Part shown: positions 1-11,717 of the stretch, one piece after another | Layout of the letters: each line of letters opens with the position of its first letter | Position numbering within the stretch: position 1 is the stretch's first letter | Assembly (NCBI GenBank): GCA_016906335.1 | Contig: JADEYG010000009.1 | Coordinates: 1,550,001 to 1,614,000 of the forward strand | Length of the DNA: 64,000 nucleotides | Source of the DNA: Novakomyces olei | Taxonomy: Eukaryota | Reading direction: 5' to 3' | The notes under the pieces: model-generated | What the model was told of the DNA's origin: nothing | Databases searched by the model: none | Seen by the model: the letters and a program-made list of their open reading frames with translations, nothing else | Position numbers and translations under genes: made by a program

Positions 1-1860
1 GGATCAGCCGGTGGAGCATTGAAATTCCTCTTTTTTTTCGGCCTAGGGCTCTCCGTTTACCCTGCTTTTTCACTGCTTTACCCGAGTGCCGAGCGTGCTA
101 GGCTTGTGAAGGCACTGCAATTTTCAAACGGGGTTAAACCTGTTTCCCTTTGGCTCGCACATTTAATATGGGAACTGCCCACAATTACGCTCGTTTCCAC
201 CGTGCTTGTTATTGTTTACGCGGCAACGCGTCCGGACGCGTTTGGCAGCCTTGGCCATTTCTGGCTCATTTTGGAAACTTATGGAATCGCCAGTACTATT
301 ATGGCGTTTGGTGTTTCCCTGTTTATTAGCAACTCCTTGGCTGCTTTTGCCCTTTTTGCCGGGTTTCAAGTCGTTTATTTCATACTTTACGTGGCAGGAA
401 TCCTGATCAATTGGACTTATGCGCCCACGCAAAACGCGACGCGTAACGAACGCGTTATTTACTTTACAATGGCTCTATTATCGCCCATTGTCAGTGCAAC
501 GAGAGCGTTTCTCGTATCCCTAAACGTGTTTGGCATTTCTTGCATTGGGCCCAGTATGTCTCTTGCCACTTTTTGGGGCGATATACTAGCGTACGGTGGG
601 CCTATCTTGTACATAATCACACAAATCGCGGTCTTTGCCCTGTGCCTCGTTTGCTGGGACTCTGGTGTGTTTAATAAGGCAAAAATAAGGGCAGTTGAAC
701 ACTTTTTTGCTCGAGCTTTTAGCTCATTCACCGGCACTAGTACCGAAAGCGATGCAGATCAAAAAGCTGGCGAGAAGCAGCGAGAGGCCACGGACGAGGA
801 GTCATCGCTTGATGGGCCGCTCAGTGATGACGTCATGGCTGAGCGAAGACGGGTAGCCGGTGGAGGCCGAGTTGCGTGCATCGACGATCTGCGGGTGGTT
901 GATTTGGTGAAAAAATTTAATGGACAAATTGCCGTTGAAAACGTCTCCTTTGGCGTCCGCCGAGGGGAATGTTTTGCATTGCTCGGCCCTAATGGAGCCG
1001 GCAAAACGACCACCTTTAACCTTTTGCGTGGAGAATTAAGTGCAGATAGTGGAACTGCCTTTGTTCATGGTGTAAACATTTTCCAAAACAAAAGCCTGGC
1101 GCGATCAAGCCTTGGCGTTTGTCCGCAGTTTGATGCGTTTGACGATTTAACGGTTGCCCAGCATTTACAGTATTACGCGGCTATCAAGGGTGTTCCCACA
1201 GCGGCGGCTAAACAGGATGTTGACACTGTTATGCAGCAGGTCGGCATTCACACATTTGCCGATCGCATAGCCGCCACCTTATCCGGCGGCAATAAGCGCA
1301 AACTGTCTCTCGCTATCGCCATGCTTGGTAATCCTGCAGTATTGCTTGTTGATGAAGCCTCAAGTGGGGTCGACGCTGCTGCAAAGAGGTTTATCTGGAA
1401 AACCCTGACAAAGATAATTCCAGACAGAGCGGTTGTCCTGACAACGCATTCCATGGAGGAAGCGGACGCGCTCGCGTCGCGTATCGGGATTCTAGCGCGT
1501 CGTTTCCTGGCGATGGGGACGATTTCCGAGTTGCGGCAAAGGTACTTTGACGGGTACCAAGTGCAAATGGAGCTGGGCAGCTCTACAGACGCGTCTGAGC
1601 GGATGCGTTCTCTGACGGCTCTGGACGCGTTTATGAGTGCCAATTTTAAAAATTGTCACCGTGAAGCCTCGCGTAGTTTTGGCGTTGTTCATTACACTGT
1701 TCCGTCTGATTCTCATATGCAAAGCGTTGCTGGGCTTTTTAGAATATTAGATGCTGCCCCAGAGTCGGTGGGCCTAAAGAACTTTTCCGTTTCTGAAGCG
1801 ACTCTTGAAGATTTGTTTTTGCGCATTGTCAGACCTAATTTTGGTACGAGCGATATTTGA
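1..1860 (+). CDS. ABCA-subfamily ABC transporter, 3' part (gene starts before the window)
   Basis: TM helices then NBD with Walker A GPNGAGKTT, GVCPQFDA, signature LSGGNKRKLS, Walker B LLVDE, H-loop LTTHSMEEADAL and C-terminal TLEDLF, all typical of the second half of ABCA. Frame is open from base 1. Confidence 0.93.
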   Translation, partial: GSAGGALKFLFFFGLGLSVYPAFSLLYPSAERARLVKALQFSNGVKPVSLWLAHLIWELPTITLVSTVLVIVYAATRPDAFGSLGHFWLILETYGIASTIMAFGVSLFISNSLAAFALFAGFQVVYFILYVAGILINWTYAPTQNATRNERVIYFTMALLSPIVSATRAFLVSLNVFGISCIGPSMSLATFWGDILAYGGPILYIITQIAVFALCLVCWDSGVFNKAKIRAVEHFFARAFSSFTGTSTESDADQKAGEKQREATDEESSLDGPLSDDVMAERRRVAGGGRVACIDDLRVVDLVKKFNGQIAVENVSFGVRRGECFALLGPNGAGKTTTFNLLRGELSADSGTAFVHGVNIFQNKSLARSSLGVCPQFDAFDDLTVAQHLQYYAAIKGVPTAAAKQDVDTVMQQVGIHTFADRIAATLSGGNKRKLSLAIAMLGNPAVLLVDEASSGVDAAAKRFIWKTLTKIIPDRAVVLTTHSMEEADALASRIGILARRFLAMGTISELRQRYFDGYQVQMELGSSTDASERMRSLTALDAFMSANFKNCHREASRSFGVVHYTVPSDSHMQSVAGLFRILDAAPESVGLKNFSVSEATLEDLFLRIVRPNFGTSDI

Positions 1861-2351
1861 GCAGGTCAATGTATCTGTCTGTATCCACTTTTTATTCATT
1901 CATTCATTCTTTTGTTGTTTGTTGGTCATTTATTTGTTTATATCAAGCTTTGGCGTTTGTGCATTTAAACGGCTGAGAAATATTGTTGTTTATATTTGTG
2001 TTTGTTGTTTTCATCGGTCGATCACGGCGTTTATTGGTCTGCAGTTGCATGATGCATCATGATTTAAACGTTTTACTGTTGTTCGTTTCGCAATCAAGAT
2101 TCGATGTTGTTGTATGTTCGCGATCGGTTTGTTGTGATATAGCATGGTTATTTTTCAAAATTTATGAATGAATCTAGTGTACATAAATGTTGTATAATAA
2201 GATGGGATTTAATAATTTGGAAAGTTTATAAAATATAAAAATTTGAAGAAAATCAAATATCGAATTCTATATTTCGATTGCTTATTTATACATCCCCATA
2301 TTCATGCATATCCTTGTATCATTATAATTATTATTATCTCTAATTTAAAAC

Positions 2352-4503
2352 TTAATACAAAGAACTACCAAACCCTAACCCTGGGAGGCCCTGGTCAATG
2401 CCATTTGCCACTCCATTAGTCGCTTTTTGCTGGCCAGACAAGAAATTCAGGCCGGGCAAGGCTTCCTCACGTCTAGCACCTGCAATCGGCACCGGCATTT
2501 GCTCACTAGCCGACTGCGAATAATTATTTGCGTCCTGTACAAACGGGGGCAGTTGCATACTCGGAGCAAGACCCGGCAAATCCAGTGCTCCAGGATCTTC
2601 TTCAGGCCGCAGAAGAGAAGGCGGCAGCTGCTGCTGTAATTGGCTCTGCGCATTAGCTTCATCATCCGCTTCCTGAGCTTCTTCTGCCCTTCGGTACCTT
2701 TGTGAAGGCTGAAAGGCTGAATTTTCTCCCATATGAAATCGATCCTCAAACTGAGCCTCATCGCCTGGTCGGGCACGTGACCAGAACCGGACAGTTTTAT
2801 CATTGGAACCAGAGGCTAAAAGGTGACCGGACGGATGGTACTGGACAGACCAGACTGCCAATTCATGAGCAAAAGGCACAGACATGGCTGGGTATAGAGT
2901 ATTGAAAGTGTGCGAAATTCCTGAGCTCTGACGTTGAGGACCTGCCCTATTTCCGCCCGGTTTTTGCTGCTGTTGCTGCTGTTTTTTTTGCTGTAAGTCA
3001 TATAGAAAACTACGGGAAAAGGCATTTTGGCTTGCCTTTGCCAAATCAGTGAGGCAGTAATGATTCAACGAACCATCACTACCTCCCGTAGTAATGACAT
3101 CACGGTGCACAGGATGCCAAGTAAGGCTGGTGACATCTTCCTCGTGTCCACGCAGGGTAAACAAGTCACGCATCTGCCGTAAATCAAAGACAATCGCTGT
3201 GGAGTCACGAGAGCAGGTGGCAAACAAATTGCTGCCGAGAAAGGGGTGAAAAGCACACTGCATTATCGTATTCTTGTGGTCGTGCAAGGTGGCCACACAG
3301 TTTACTGTACGAGGGTCCCAGAGCTTTACCAGATTGTCTTTGGATCCAGACATTACGAGGCCCTTTGAGGGGTGCCAATCGACACAGCGAACGTCCCATC
3401 CGTGGCCAGTACATACCCTCTCTTCCCGGCCTTCATTGAAGCTCCAGACTCTGAGTGTGCTGTCATCCGATACAGATACAAATTTGTTCCCCGTGGGCGA
3501 AAATCTGGATGTCAGACAAATGAAGAAGGCAATTGTTTTAATGCTGTATAAATTATGTAGAGACTCAACATTGATTGGGTTTGGAGTGATGTGTGTATTG
3601 GTAATAGCAAAATTATTTGTTCAGAATAAAATTGTCTTAGTTTTTTATTATTCTTGTGTTATTTCGTGCTGTAGTTTGCATATTCATTAAATATTCTTCT
3701 TTCCTTCTTCTCCTCTTTTCTTTTCTTATCTGCAATTATATTCAAGCACGATTGTCTTGCTTCATTGTCTTTTTCTCCTCCTTCAGGGCTGCCAGTCTCT
3801 GTATACCTACAACAATTTTGCCTCATCTTCATGGCATATGATCCAGCACAATTAAATTAAAGAATGAATAAATTAATTAATAAAGAAGTACATAAAACTT
3901 ACGCCAAATCACGGCACTCCATGTCGTGAGCCTGTATCATTTTGACATTATTCAAATTAGTCTGCCAGTACTTTACTTGTCCACTCCCGTCTCCGCTAAT
4001 AAGCCATTCGCCGTCCGGACTCCATTCCATGCATCGTACAGCAGAGTCATGAGCTTGATTAAGCAATTCAAAATTAAACGTCGACCCGTTCCACAACGTA
4101 AATTCGCCTGTGCTTGATCCCGTAAGCAGTCGCCTTCCCTGTGGTGTGAACCGCACCACGTTTATTACTCTTCGAGCTTTATTCGCAGACAAATGCACAT
4201 GTTTAACGGCATAACCCATTGAAGCATTTGACTTGTACGCTAACGCCGGATACAACTAGACACGTAAGAGTCGGATTGCTACAAAGCTAAAGACAAAAGC
4301 ACAAAAAGACAAAAGCACAAAAAGACAAAAGCGCATACGTTTATGATCTCGTTTGGCTCGTTTCTCATCCTTTTCAAGGTCCCCGAGCTAGAAGAACGGT
4401 CCAACATCCACCGCGCATAGGGGCAGGTATAGTCGACCGTCCGACGGACCATTGGCCGCTTTTCAGAGCGATCATCATAGCCGGCTGAAGGCTGCTGGAA
4501 CAT
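2352..4503 (-). CDS. PFS2: Polyadenylation factor subunit Pfs2/WDR33 (WD40); exons 4503-4339, 4255-3903, 3504-2352
   Basis: RRTVDY, FTPQGRRLLTGSSTGEFTLWNG, QAHDSAVR, GHGWDVRCVDWHP and TVRFWSRARPG motifs. Introns GTATGC..TAG (83 nt) and GTAAGT..CTGACATCCAG (398 nt) join in frame. Confidence 0.95.
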
Positions 4504-4647
4504 GATGAGCAGCTAGCGCATTAGACCTGTCATAGTATAATAATTATATGGTTAAATTATGAACGCGGTAAAATATTATTTACATGAATATTGGACTGCT
4601 CTACGATATGATTTAATTTATTTATTAAATTATCAATTTATTTATTA

Positions 4648-4750
4648 ATCAATTAATTTTATCAATTAATTTTATCAATTAATTTTATCAATTAATTTTA
4701 TCAATTAATTTTATCAATTAATTTTATCAATTAATTTTATTAATTAATTT
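4648..4750. repeat. Tandem repeat, 13-bp unit (TTAATTTTATCAA)n
   Basis: Directly visible, about 8 copies upstream of PFS2. Confidence 0.9.
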
Positions 4751-4935
4751 TCTTTCTTTCTGTCTTTCTTTGCTAAACAAGAACTGTCGAGAGTCGTCAT
4801 ATAGCGTTTGTAGGGAAGCCTTCAATCTATTATTTATGTATATTAAATAGCATTAAAGCCAGCAGCCAAGGCCCTCAAATCATAGCATCAATAGTCCTCT
4901 CCCATTTCCAAAGGTATCACAAACGAAATTAAAAA

Positions 4936-5355
4936 TCACCGGCCGGCCTTTATATCTGTTTTTATTTTTTGCAGCATAGCCTCAATACGGCCCTTCATTA
5001 CGGGCTGTCCACGCGCTGTCGTCTTTTCGTACGCCCGTTTGATACGGTCCCGATTTCGCTGGCGCCGCTCTCTATCAAGTGCACGCTGCTGATTCAACTC
5101 CTTTGGCGTGAGTTTCTTTTCTTTTTCTTGTATTTTTGGCTTTTCCGGCTTAGCAATTTTTTGCTCAGCAGATTCGGCCAGTGCCTTTGACCTTTTTTGG
5201 CCAGCAGACTCGACTGGCGCCCTTGTCTCTCCTCTGTCATTAAACCCTTCCTTTTCCAATTCCTTGCGATAAGCCCGCGATAGCCGCGCTCTTTCAATCC
5301 TGGCCAGTTTAATGCGTTCGCGTTTTAGCGCGTCTGGCGCCTTGTTGACGCCCAT
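4936..5355 (-). CDS. FYV7: rRNA-processing protein Fyv7-like
   Basis: Small basic coiled-coil protein with N-terminal ARLSRAYRKELEKEG and C-terminal KTTARGQPVMKGRIEAMLQKI, matching the Fyv7 GQP-M motif. Confidence 0.8.
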   Translation of the reverse strand: MGVNKAPDALKRERIKLARIERARLSRAYRKELEKEGFNDRGETRAPVESAGQKRSKALAESAEQKIAKPEKPKIQEKEKKLTPKELNQQRALDRERRQRNRDRIKRAYEKTTARGQPVMKGRIEAMLQKIKTDIKAGR

Positions 5356-5887
5356 CGTAGATTCGTTTGGCAGACAAAGACTCGCTTAAACAGAAACAAT
5401 ATTGGTCTTGCGAGGTCTTTAAGCTCTTTTCCTCATTAAATACAGTACCTGTAAAATACATAAAAAAAAACCTTGAAATCTCTAGTACGTTACTTGAAAT
5501 CTGCAGAGGACTAATAGGTACCATAAATTATTTTTATTATTATTTTTATTGTTATTATACAGGCGAAATATTATCCTGCAGACAATTTTGGTCGACGTAA
5601 AAGCTCGATTGATAAAATGCCGGCCGATTAGTCGTCGTCCAACTGGAAAACTGATCGCGCTCTTTTCCGTGTGAACGATGAAAATGCTGATGATTACTCT
5701 GATTTATTTTTCAATACAAGTGTGCGCCCTACTCAGCAATTAGCCCGGGCACTAGGTTAGACTTTTGGTCGTTTTATTTTTTTAATATTTTTTTTAATTT
5801 TCTTATTATTAATTAATTTAAATTGGATGGTTTCTCGTTCAGTCGCTCGATCGCGGTTTCAGTACGCGTGCTAACAATGGTATGCAG

Positions 5888-8800
5888 ATGCTGGAAAAAA
5901 GCAGGCCCGGAGCCATCAGGCTATTATACTTTAAGCGCCAGTTTTCCACGAATAAAGTCTCGGCCATTCACACGTCAATAATCAGTAAAAACGAGACTGC
6001 TGCTCGAGGTCAAAAGGCCTTCCAAGAAGCAAGCAAAGAGGATGAAAAGGCACGGTGTCAGTCTGAAAGTTCTGGGCCTGGAGAATACTGCTACAATAAA
6101 AATAGATCATTGCCCGGCACGAAACGGGGCACAAGGCATTATGATCTCATATCGACCCAGGAAGGTCAGGCTGGTGTACTGCATCAATCTGTGTCGCGAG
6201 ACCGTGTGACTTATTTGCTGAACCAGCTCGATACGCAGCACGGATCAACTGAAGCGGAAAAGTTATGGCAAAATCTACTCTTTATATCGGGGAAAAGCGT
6301 CGCTGCTTCAGAGGCAATAGTGGAACGTTTACGTAAGGCGGCTGACTCCGACTGGTCGCGTATACTGGCCGTTGTTGACAATATATTCGTGCAGCACTTT
6401 CAGAGTGTGACGCTGATTGAGGCACGAATATCTGCGCTTTGCGAGCTGGGAGATCTGCCTAGCCTCCTTGACTACTACGAGAATGTTCAAGGCCAAAAGC
6501 TTACGGCCTGCCGTGTTTGCTTGGGCAATACACAGCTGGGAAAGCAAGTGATTGAGCGAGTAGTGGCCTTGGTGGATTCGACAGCGTGGAGGCAGACTGG
6601 TAAAGTTGAAAATGATAGCCATGTCGGCAGTAGTAAAATCAACAGATTTGATGAGAATGGCAAAATTAATCAAAAGAATCCAATTTGCGTCAACAACAAG
6701 TACGAAGGCTCTGTGCAGCGTATACTGCTGCCTTTGCTCCGGATTGTATGGAACAGCTGCCCTGTCAAAACTGTACTCAGAGACGTTCTACGAACTGAGC
6801 TTATACAGGAATCTTCAAGCCAAATGCTGGCTACTATTTTCCACTCAGTTGCGAGTGGCGCTACAGATCTTTGGAGCCAGGAATTAACGGTTTTCCTGTT
6901 ACAAGGAATATTTCGGAAGCGATTAGGCGACATTGATTTCTCTGTAAAAGACGTGGAAGCGATGCTGGGCTATTGTTTCCACTCTGGAAGCTCAGCGAGT
7001 AGCATTTCCAGCGGCTCAGTTGATTTAGCAGATCCGTTAGTGACGCAGTTCGGCAGTACTGTGCATTTCCTGGAGCTGGCTTTACACTTTTTATTACGGA
7101 AAAAGGATTATATTGGCGTCGTTACTGCTTATCGGGCGGCCTCTTCCTCGCCGGGCTACAGGGATTCGCGTCGTGCCTTGCGCTATGCCATATTGGCTCA
7201 TGCTCGCAGCAATGACTTGAAAGGTTTGAAATGGCTGTTTGAAAGGATGCATTCACCCAACCAGGCCCCGGACACGGAGATGTATGAGCTAGTAATGCGG
7301 GCCTTTGCAAAAGCCGGGCAGCCCTTTTACGTTGAGACGCTTTTCAATGAATTTTTATTATTAGGCGGAGCACCAACGGAAAGGCAATTTTTATCCCTCC
7401 TGACTGCCCGTGGCCGAAGGCTTAATTTGCACAGTTTTAGACGGCACTGGCGTAGTATGGACCTGTTTAAAATGCAGCCTAACATTCACCATTATAATCA
7501 ACTGCTGCGGCTATTTCAAAGGTACAGGCTGGACAAGCAGGCGCTGAAAACGTTTGCCCGTCTGAATACTCTGGGCATCGCTCCGGACGCTGATACGATT
7601 ACGCAAATGCTGTGTGTCTATAGAAACTTGAAGGACTCGGAATCAGCTTTGGCGCTGCTAAATACTGCCAAGCAACTGTCGATTCCCCTTGACGTGCATC
7701 ATATAGTAACAATGATGTCATTGTGCCGATCAGAGGGTCGGTACAAGGAGGCAGAACGGTTTGGAACCGTTGTGCTAAACGAGCATAATTTGGAGGCAAA
7801 TATCGTAGTGTACAATACGCTATTGCACGTTTACGCGCTGTCCAAGCAATGGCATAAGTTTACACATTTAAAGGCGTTTTTAAAGGCAAACAGCGTCGCA
7901 TGGAACGACCATACAAGAAGCATTTGTATGCTACCTTTCCTCCACAATGCGGCGCTGGGCCCGAAAGCCAAAATGGATATTTTCAACAAGACTCTGGGCC
8001 AAATGGACTCTGCGCAATCCCGTTCTTTTGTATGGGGCACTGGTGCCAAAACCGGGATTTTCCGTACATTTACAATGAAAAAGGTGTTGGATTCCTTTGC
8101 GAGCAATCACGCCGGCCTCTATCGACCCTCCCACGTGGCTGAATCAGCTTTACTGCAGGAAGCAGCCTCCAGAGCTCGTGGCAATCCGAAGCTTTTGTGG
8201 CAAATACTGAAGCATTTTGATAACAATACTTTGGGCTTTGACTCTACTCAGCAGGGAGCCTCTCAGAGTCTTGTTTCCCCGCGTCGTTATGGTGGCATCG
8301 TTCGAGGCCTTTGTAAGCTGGCGGCTACTCAAAAACTGGGCAAAGGCGATAGTGGAGCAATGGATGAAAGCCTTTTACTCGACGATGTAGTAAAAGCTTA
8401 CAACCATTACCGCGCAAAGCTCAAATCCAGGCAGTCTGCCCATGTTGACGAGGGGACATTGTTGAATTTGATGAGAGCCTTTGCCGTCTTGGGAGAGCGA
8501 AGGCGGGTATGGAACTTGTGGTACATGATCCGGTCAAATGTGTACTACAGATCCCGGCGGAGACCGCAAGGGGGGACCCTTACGTCTGAAATAGTTCCAG
8601 GAATGCGTACAGCATTGGCACGGGCGATGACCGTTTTCACCCGGTCGCTTTGCCGCCGTAACGATAGCGATGCGCTTGAAGTGCAATGGAGAATCTCAGA
8701 GCGGCTCGGCTTCGTTTTTGACCTGCACAACTACACTCTGCGTGTGAAGTTTCAGGCACAAGTCGGTAATTATCAGGCGGCAATTGTGGCAATGAGCAGG

Positions 8801-9481
8801 CTTGTTGAGCTCATGGACAAGCGAATATTCACCAGTAGCTTTCCAGTCAAGAATATAAAGGCAATTGAAGGCAGTACCGATGGAGTTGATAATAATGTTG
8901 GCAGCGAAAATAGAGCTATTAGAAACAGCAAAATGGACGACAACAATACCGCCAGCGCTGTTGTTGATGAACGAAAAATAATTGAAAATAAAAGCAATGA
9001 CCGTCGGTATTCGCAACAAGGCACAATCGAATTACTACAAACAATTTGGGTTATGTGCCAAGTAGTGGACCGCTGCTCAACTGCTTTTGCTCCCGATTCA
9101 AGGACGGGAAGAATACTTTGTTATCATTTACGGAAAAGGCCGCGAATGTCGGCCTTTTTGGACGAAAACAGGGCAAAAGCAGAAGCAGAAGCAGCCAAAC
9201 AGAAATGGCCCACTCTGCCACTGTTAGACCCGCTTGCACGGTGGATTGCTTACCGGTGGAGATACCCAGATACTATTGCACAGCCTTATCCTGGCCTGCT
9301 CAGCACTTTTGAGCGGCAACGGATACTGTACGAATTGGAGAAAAGATCAGGCTACCGTCGACTCACGAAGCCAACGGCCAGCATAGAGGCAAAATTAAAG
9401 GAGAATTTCAGGGGCAAGCACCTGACTCGCCGTGAAATGCTGTCCCGGAGATTGGATAGGAGAGCTGACTCTTTGGTGTAA
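5888..9481 (+). CDS. Pentatricopeptide-repeat protein, probably a mitochondrial RNA-binding or translation factor
   Basis: 35-aa PPR units (PDTEMYELVMRAFAKAG, PNIHHYNQLLRLFQ, PDADTITQMLCVY, ANIVVYNTLLHVYA) and a basic N-terminus. Start placed at ATG 5888 after an apparent 5'-UTR intron 5756-5887; the ORF-track start is 5882. Confidence 0.85.
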   Translation: MLEKSRPGAIRLLYFKRQFSTNKVSAIHTSIISKNETAARGQKAFQEASKEDEKARCQSESSGPGEYCYNKNRSLPGTKRGTRHYDLISTQEGQAGVLHQSVSRDRVTYLLNQLDTQHGSTEAEKLWQNLLFISGKSVAASEAIVERLRKAADSDWSRILAVVDNIFVQHFQSVTLIEARISALCELGDLPSLLDYYENVQGQKLTACRVCLGNTQLGKQVIERVVALVDSTAWRQTGKVENDSHVGSSKINRFDENGKINQKNPICVNNKYEGSVQRILLPLLRIVWNSCPVKTVLRDVLRTELIQESSSQMLATIFHSVASGATDLWSQELTVFLLQGIFRKRLGDIDFSVKDVEAMLGYCFHSGSSASSISSGSVDLADPLVTQFGSTVHFLELALHFLLRKKDYIGVVTAYRAASSSPGYRDSRRALRYAILAHARSNDLKGLKWLFERMHSPNQAPDTEMYELVMRAFAKAGQPFYVETLFNEFLLLGGAPTERQFLSLLTARGRRLNLHSFRRHWRSMDLFKMQPNIHHYNQLLRLFQRYRLDKQALKTFARLNTLGIAPDADTITQMLCVYRNLKDSESALALLNTAKQLSIPLDVHHIVTMMSLCRSEGRYKEAERFGTVVLNEHNLEANIVVYNTLLHVYALSKQWHKFTHLKAFLKANSVAWNDHTRSICMLPFLHNAALGPKAKMDIFNKTLGQMDSAQSRSFVWGTGAKTGIFRTFTMKKVLDSFASNHAGLYRPSHVAESALLQEAASRARGNPKLLWQILKHFDNNTLGFDSTQQGASQSLVSPRRYGGIVRGLCKLAATQKLGKGDSGAMDESLLLDDVVKAYNHYRAKLKSRQSAHVDEGTLLNLMRAFAVLGERRRVWNLWYMIRSNVYYRSRRRPQGGTLTSEIVPGMRTALARAMTVFTRSLCRRNDSDALEVQWRISERLGFVFDLHNYTLRVKFQAQVGNYQAAIVAMSRLVELMDKRIFTSSFPVKNIKAIEGSTDGVDNNVGSENRAIRNSKMDDNNTASAVVDERKIIENKSNDRRYSQQGTIELLQTIWVMCQVVDRCSTAFAPDSRTGRILCYHLRKRPRMSAFLDENRAKAEAEAAKQKWPTLPLLDPLARWIAYRWRYPDTIAQPYPGLLSTFERQRILYELEKRSGYRRLTKPTASIEAKLKENFRGKHLTRREMLSRRLDRRADSLV

Positions 9482-9808
9482 AAATAAATAGATTATACCC
9501 TGTATGAATAAGGCATTGACAGAACACATAATATTATGAGCACAATATAATTTTTTGTGAAAAATAATAGTAGATTTATTATGTATTAAATATAATTTCT
9601 TCATGAATATCATGAAAAATCATGAAATATCGTGAAATATCATGAAATAATCGTAAGGTAATCGTAAAATAATTAATTGTCAAAATTAATTGTAAAATAA
9701 ATATATATAATTATCATTTATAAAAGTAATTATACAAGATAATATGGATAACGAGCCTGTACTTCCGCGAATAAGACTGCAATAATTGCACTGCATTATC
9801 CAACGGAA

Positions 9809-10897
9809 ATGGCCAATCGAAACTACGAGGCCATTATTGAGGCTGACGAGGCAAATGTACGAGGAATGCTTATGCTGACCTGCGTTAATTAACCAATTCA
9901 CAGCCGAGCGTAGGCGGGACGGATCTCGATCTCGAGTTTCAAGGTAGGGACCTTAATCATCATTGTTTTTACACGAATATATTCCTGATTACAGATTTCC
10001 AGCACTCGCAATCGGCTCCGCTGGGAGCTCCGCAGGGTAAGAGGCAGATTAGAATTGCTGCTCAGTCAAACAGACGCGTCTTCGAGTCAAGGCAATTTAA
10101 ATGGCGGCGGCATTTCGGGCAAAGTGGACGTGGCCCGTGTATATTTTGATGTCAACACGGATCAGGTCGTGAGACGGTGTGTGAGCGCATTATTTCCGCG
10201 TGAGAATTTTCTGGATGTAATCGACAGTGCGCCGGATATGTATGGGCCCTTTTGGATCTGCAGTACAGTCGTTCTCGTCCTGTTTTTCGCGTCCACGATT
10301 GCGGGATATATCGCGTCGCACTTGAAAGAAACGCCTTTTTACTATGATTTTAGCAAATTGAGCGTCGCTGCTACATTAATGTACGGGTTTACTGGAATTG
10401 TGCCCGTGCTTTTATGGGCAGTGCTCCGGTGGTTCAAATGTGAACCCAGTTTGATGGAGTGTGTCTGCCTGTACGGGTACTCGTCTACCATCTGGATTCT
10501 AGTCGCCGTATGATTTGTCTGCCTGCTTGTTTTTTTTTAATTATGATTATTGTTCTTTTTATTTTAATTTTCTTTCCCGCTCTCTTATGTGCCTTTGTCT
10601 CTTCTTTGTTTCATGGCTAATTGTAGCTGGTGAGTATTGCTCCCTTTGAAATCTTCCAATTTACGCTTGTGGCAAACATAATCCGCTGGGTCGCAGTTGG
10701 CGTCGGTCTAGCTGTTTCCCTAACGTTTCTTATGCGCAATTTGTGGCCCGTAATCAAACGCGCGGACGCGCAAACGAGCAAGCTTATCTTGGTGGGCGTC
10801 GTATCCGCTCAAGCAGGCTTGGCTGTTGCTTTTAAACTGCTCTTCTTCCGGTACGTGAGTGATAAGAGTATAGTCTTTTGACCCTTGTAGGTATTGA
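9809..10897 (+). CDS. YIP1-family Golgi membrane protein (YIPF1/2, Yip5-like); about 6 exons
   Basis: YFDVNTDQVVRRC, PDMYGPFWIC and VCLYGYS motifs. Probable introns 9857-9903, 9944-9994, about 10037-10073, 10508-10626 and 10851-10890; 5' and last exon boundaries are less certain. Confidence 0.85.
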
Positions 10898-11260
10898 ACG
10901 CGGTTTGGGTGTATGAAGAGGCAATTTTTGTATCCGCAAACATCAAGATTGGGATAAAGGGCAGAGCAATGTCGCAATGATAGAACCGCATGGCATTGCC
11001 AGCATTGCCAGTCTTTTGAAGAGATTAAAAATGGTATTGTCATGGTCTATAACGAATAAAGCACGTACGCCAAAGGCTCATGGGCATGAGCAGAAGCTTT
11101 ATTTATTTTTGGTCATTTAATTAAACATTTACATTCCCAAAATTGTAATTCTAAATACATCTTTAGGCATCTTTCTACACCCTTAATTCCAACTTTTCCC
11201 AGTAAATAGGGTAGATAAAACCACAAAGCCGTTGTACAATTCCTGTTTATAATACACTTT

Positions 11261-11680
11261 TTATTCGTTCTGGTCGAGATCAATGTTTTCCGGGAACCAT
11301 CCATACTGCGAAAGCTGGACAGTGCCACCGTTGCCATTAAACTCTGCATCCATCGCGGGTTCACTCACGACTACACCTTCTTGCCGTAAAAGTTGCGCTT
11401 GCAGTATAAGAGAATTTCGTGGATCTCTCAGGGAAATTTGGCCGCGATGGTTGCAGACACGGTGCCAGGGCACAGCGGGATCACGTAGAACTTTTAGAGC
11501 GGCGCCCACGAGCCGCGAGTTTCTCGGCCGACCGATTAGTTTGGCAATGTGACCTAAGAGTTACGACGCTTTATCAAAAGCCAATGCTTTACCATATGTC
11601 GTGACTCGGCCGGGAGGAATTCGATACACTACAGAGTACACATCTTCATTGAACTGCACGCGGTCTTGCGCGGCCGACAT
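11261..11680 (-). CDS. ATL1: Alkyltransferase-like protein (MGMT fold, Trp replaces the catalytic Cys); exons 11680-11593, 11553-11261
   Basis: IPPGRVTTYGHIAKLIGRPRNSRLVGAAL is restored across a 39-nt intron; PWHRV motif. Confidence 0.92.
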
Positions 11681-11717
11681 TGAGCGCGATTTGGCGCAGT
11701 TGCGTAAAGCGCAATAG

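Noticed and set aside
5600-5705. Box C/D snoRNA from TGATGA and CTGA words
   Set aside because: No properly placed C box, terminal stem or recognisable rRNA guide.
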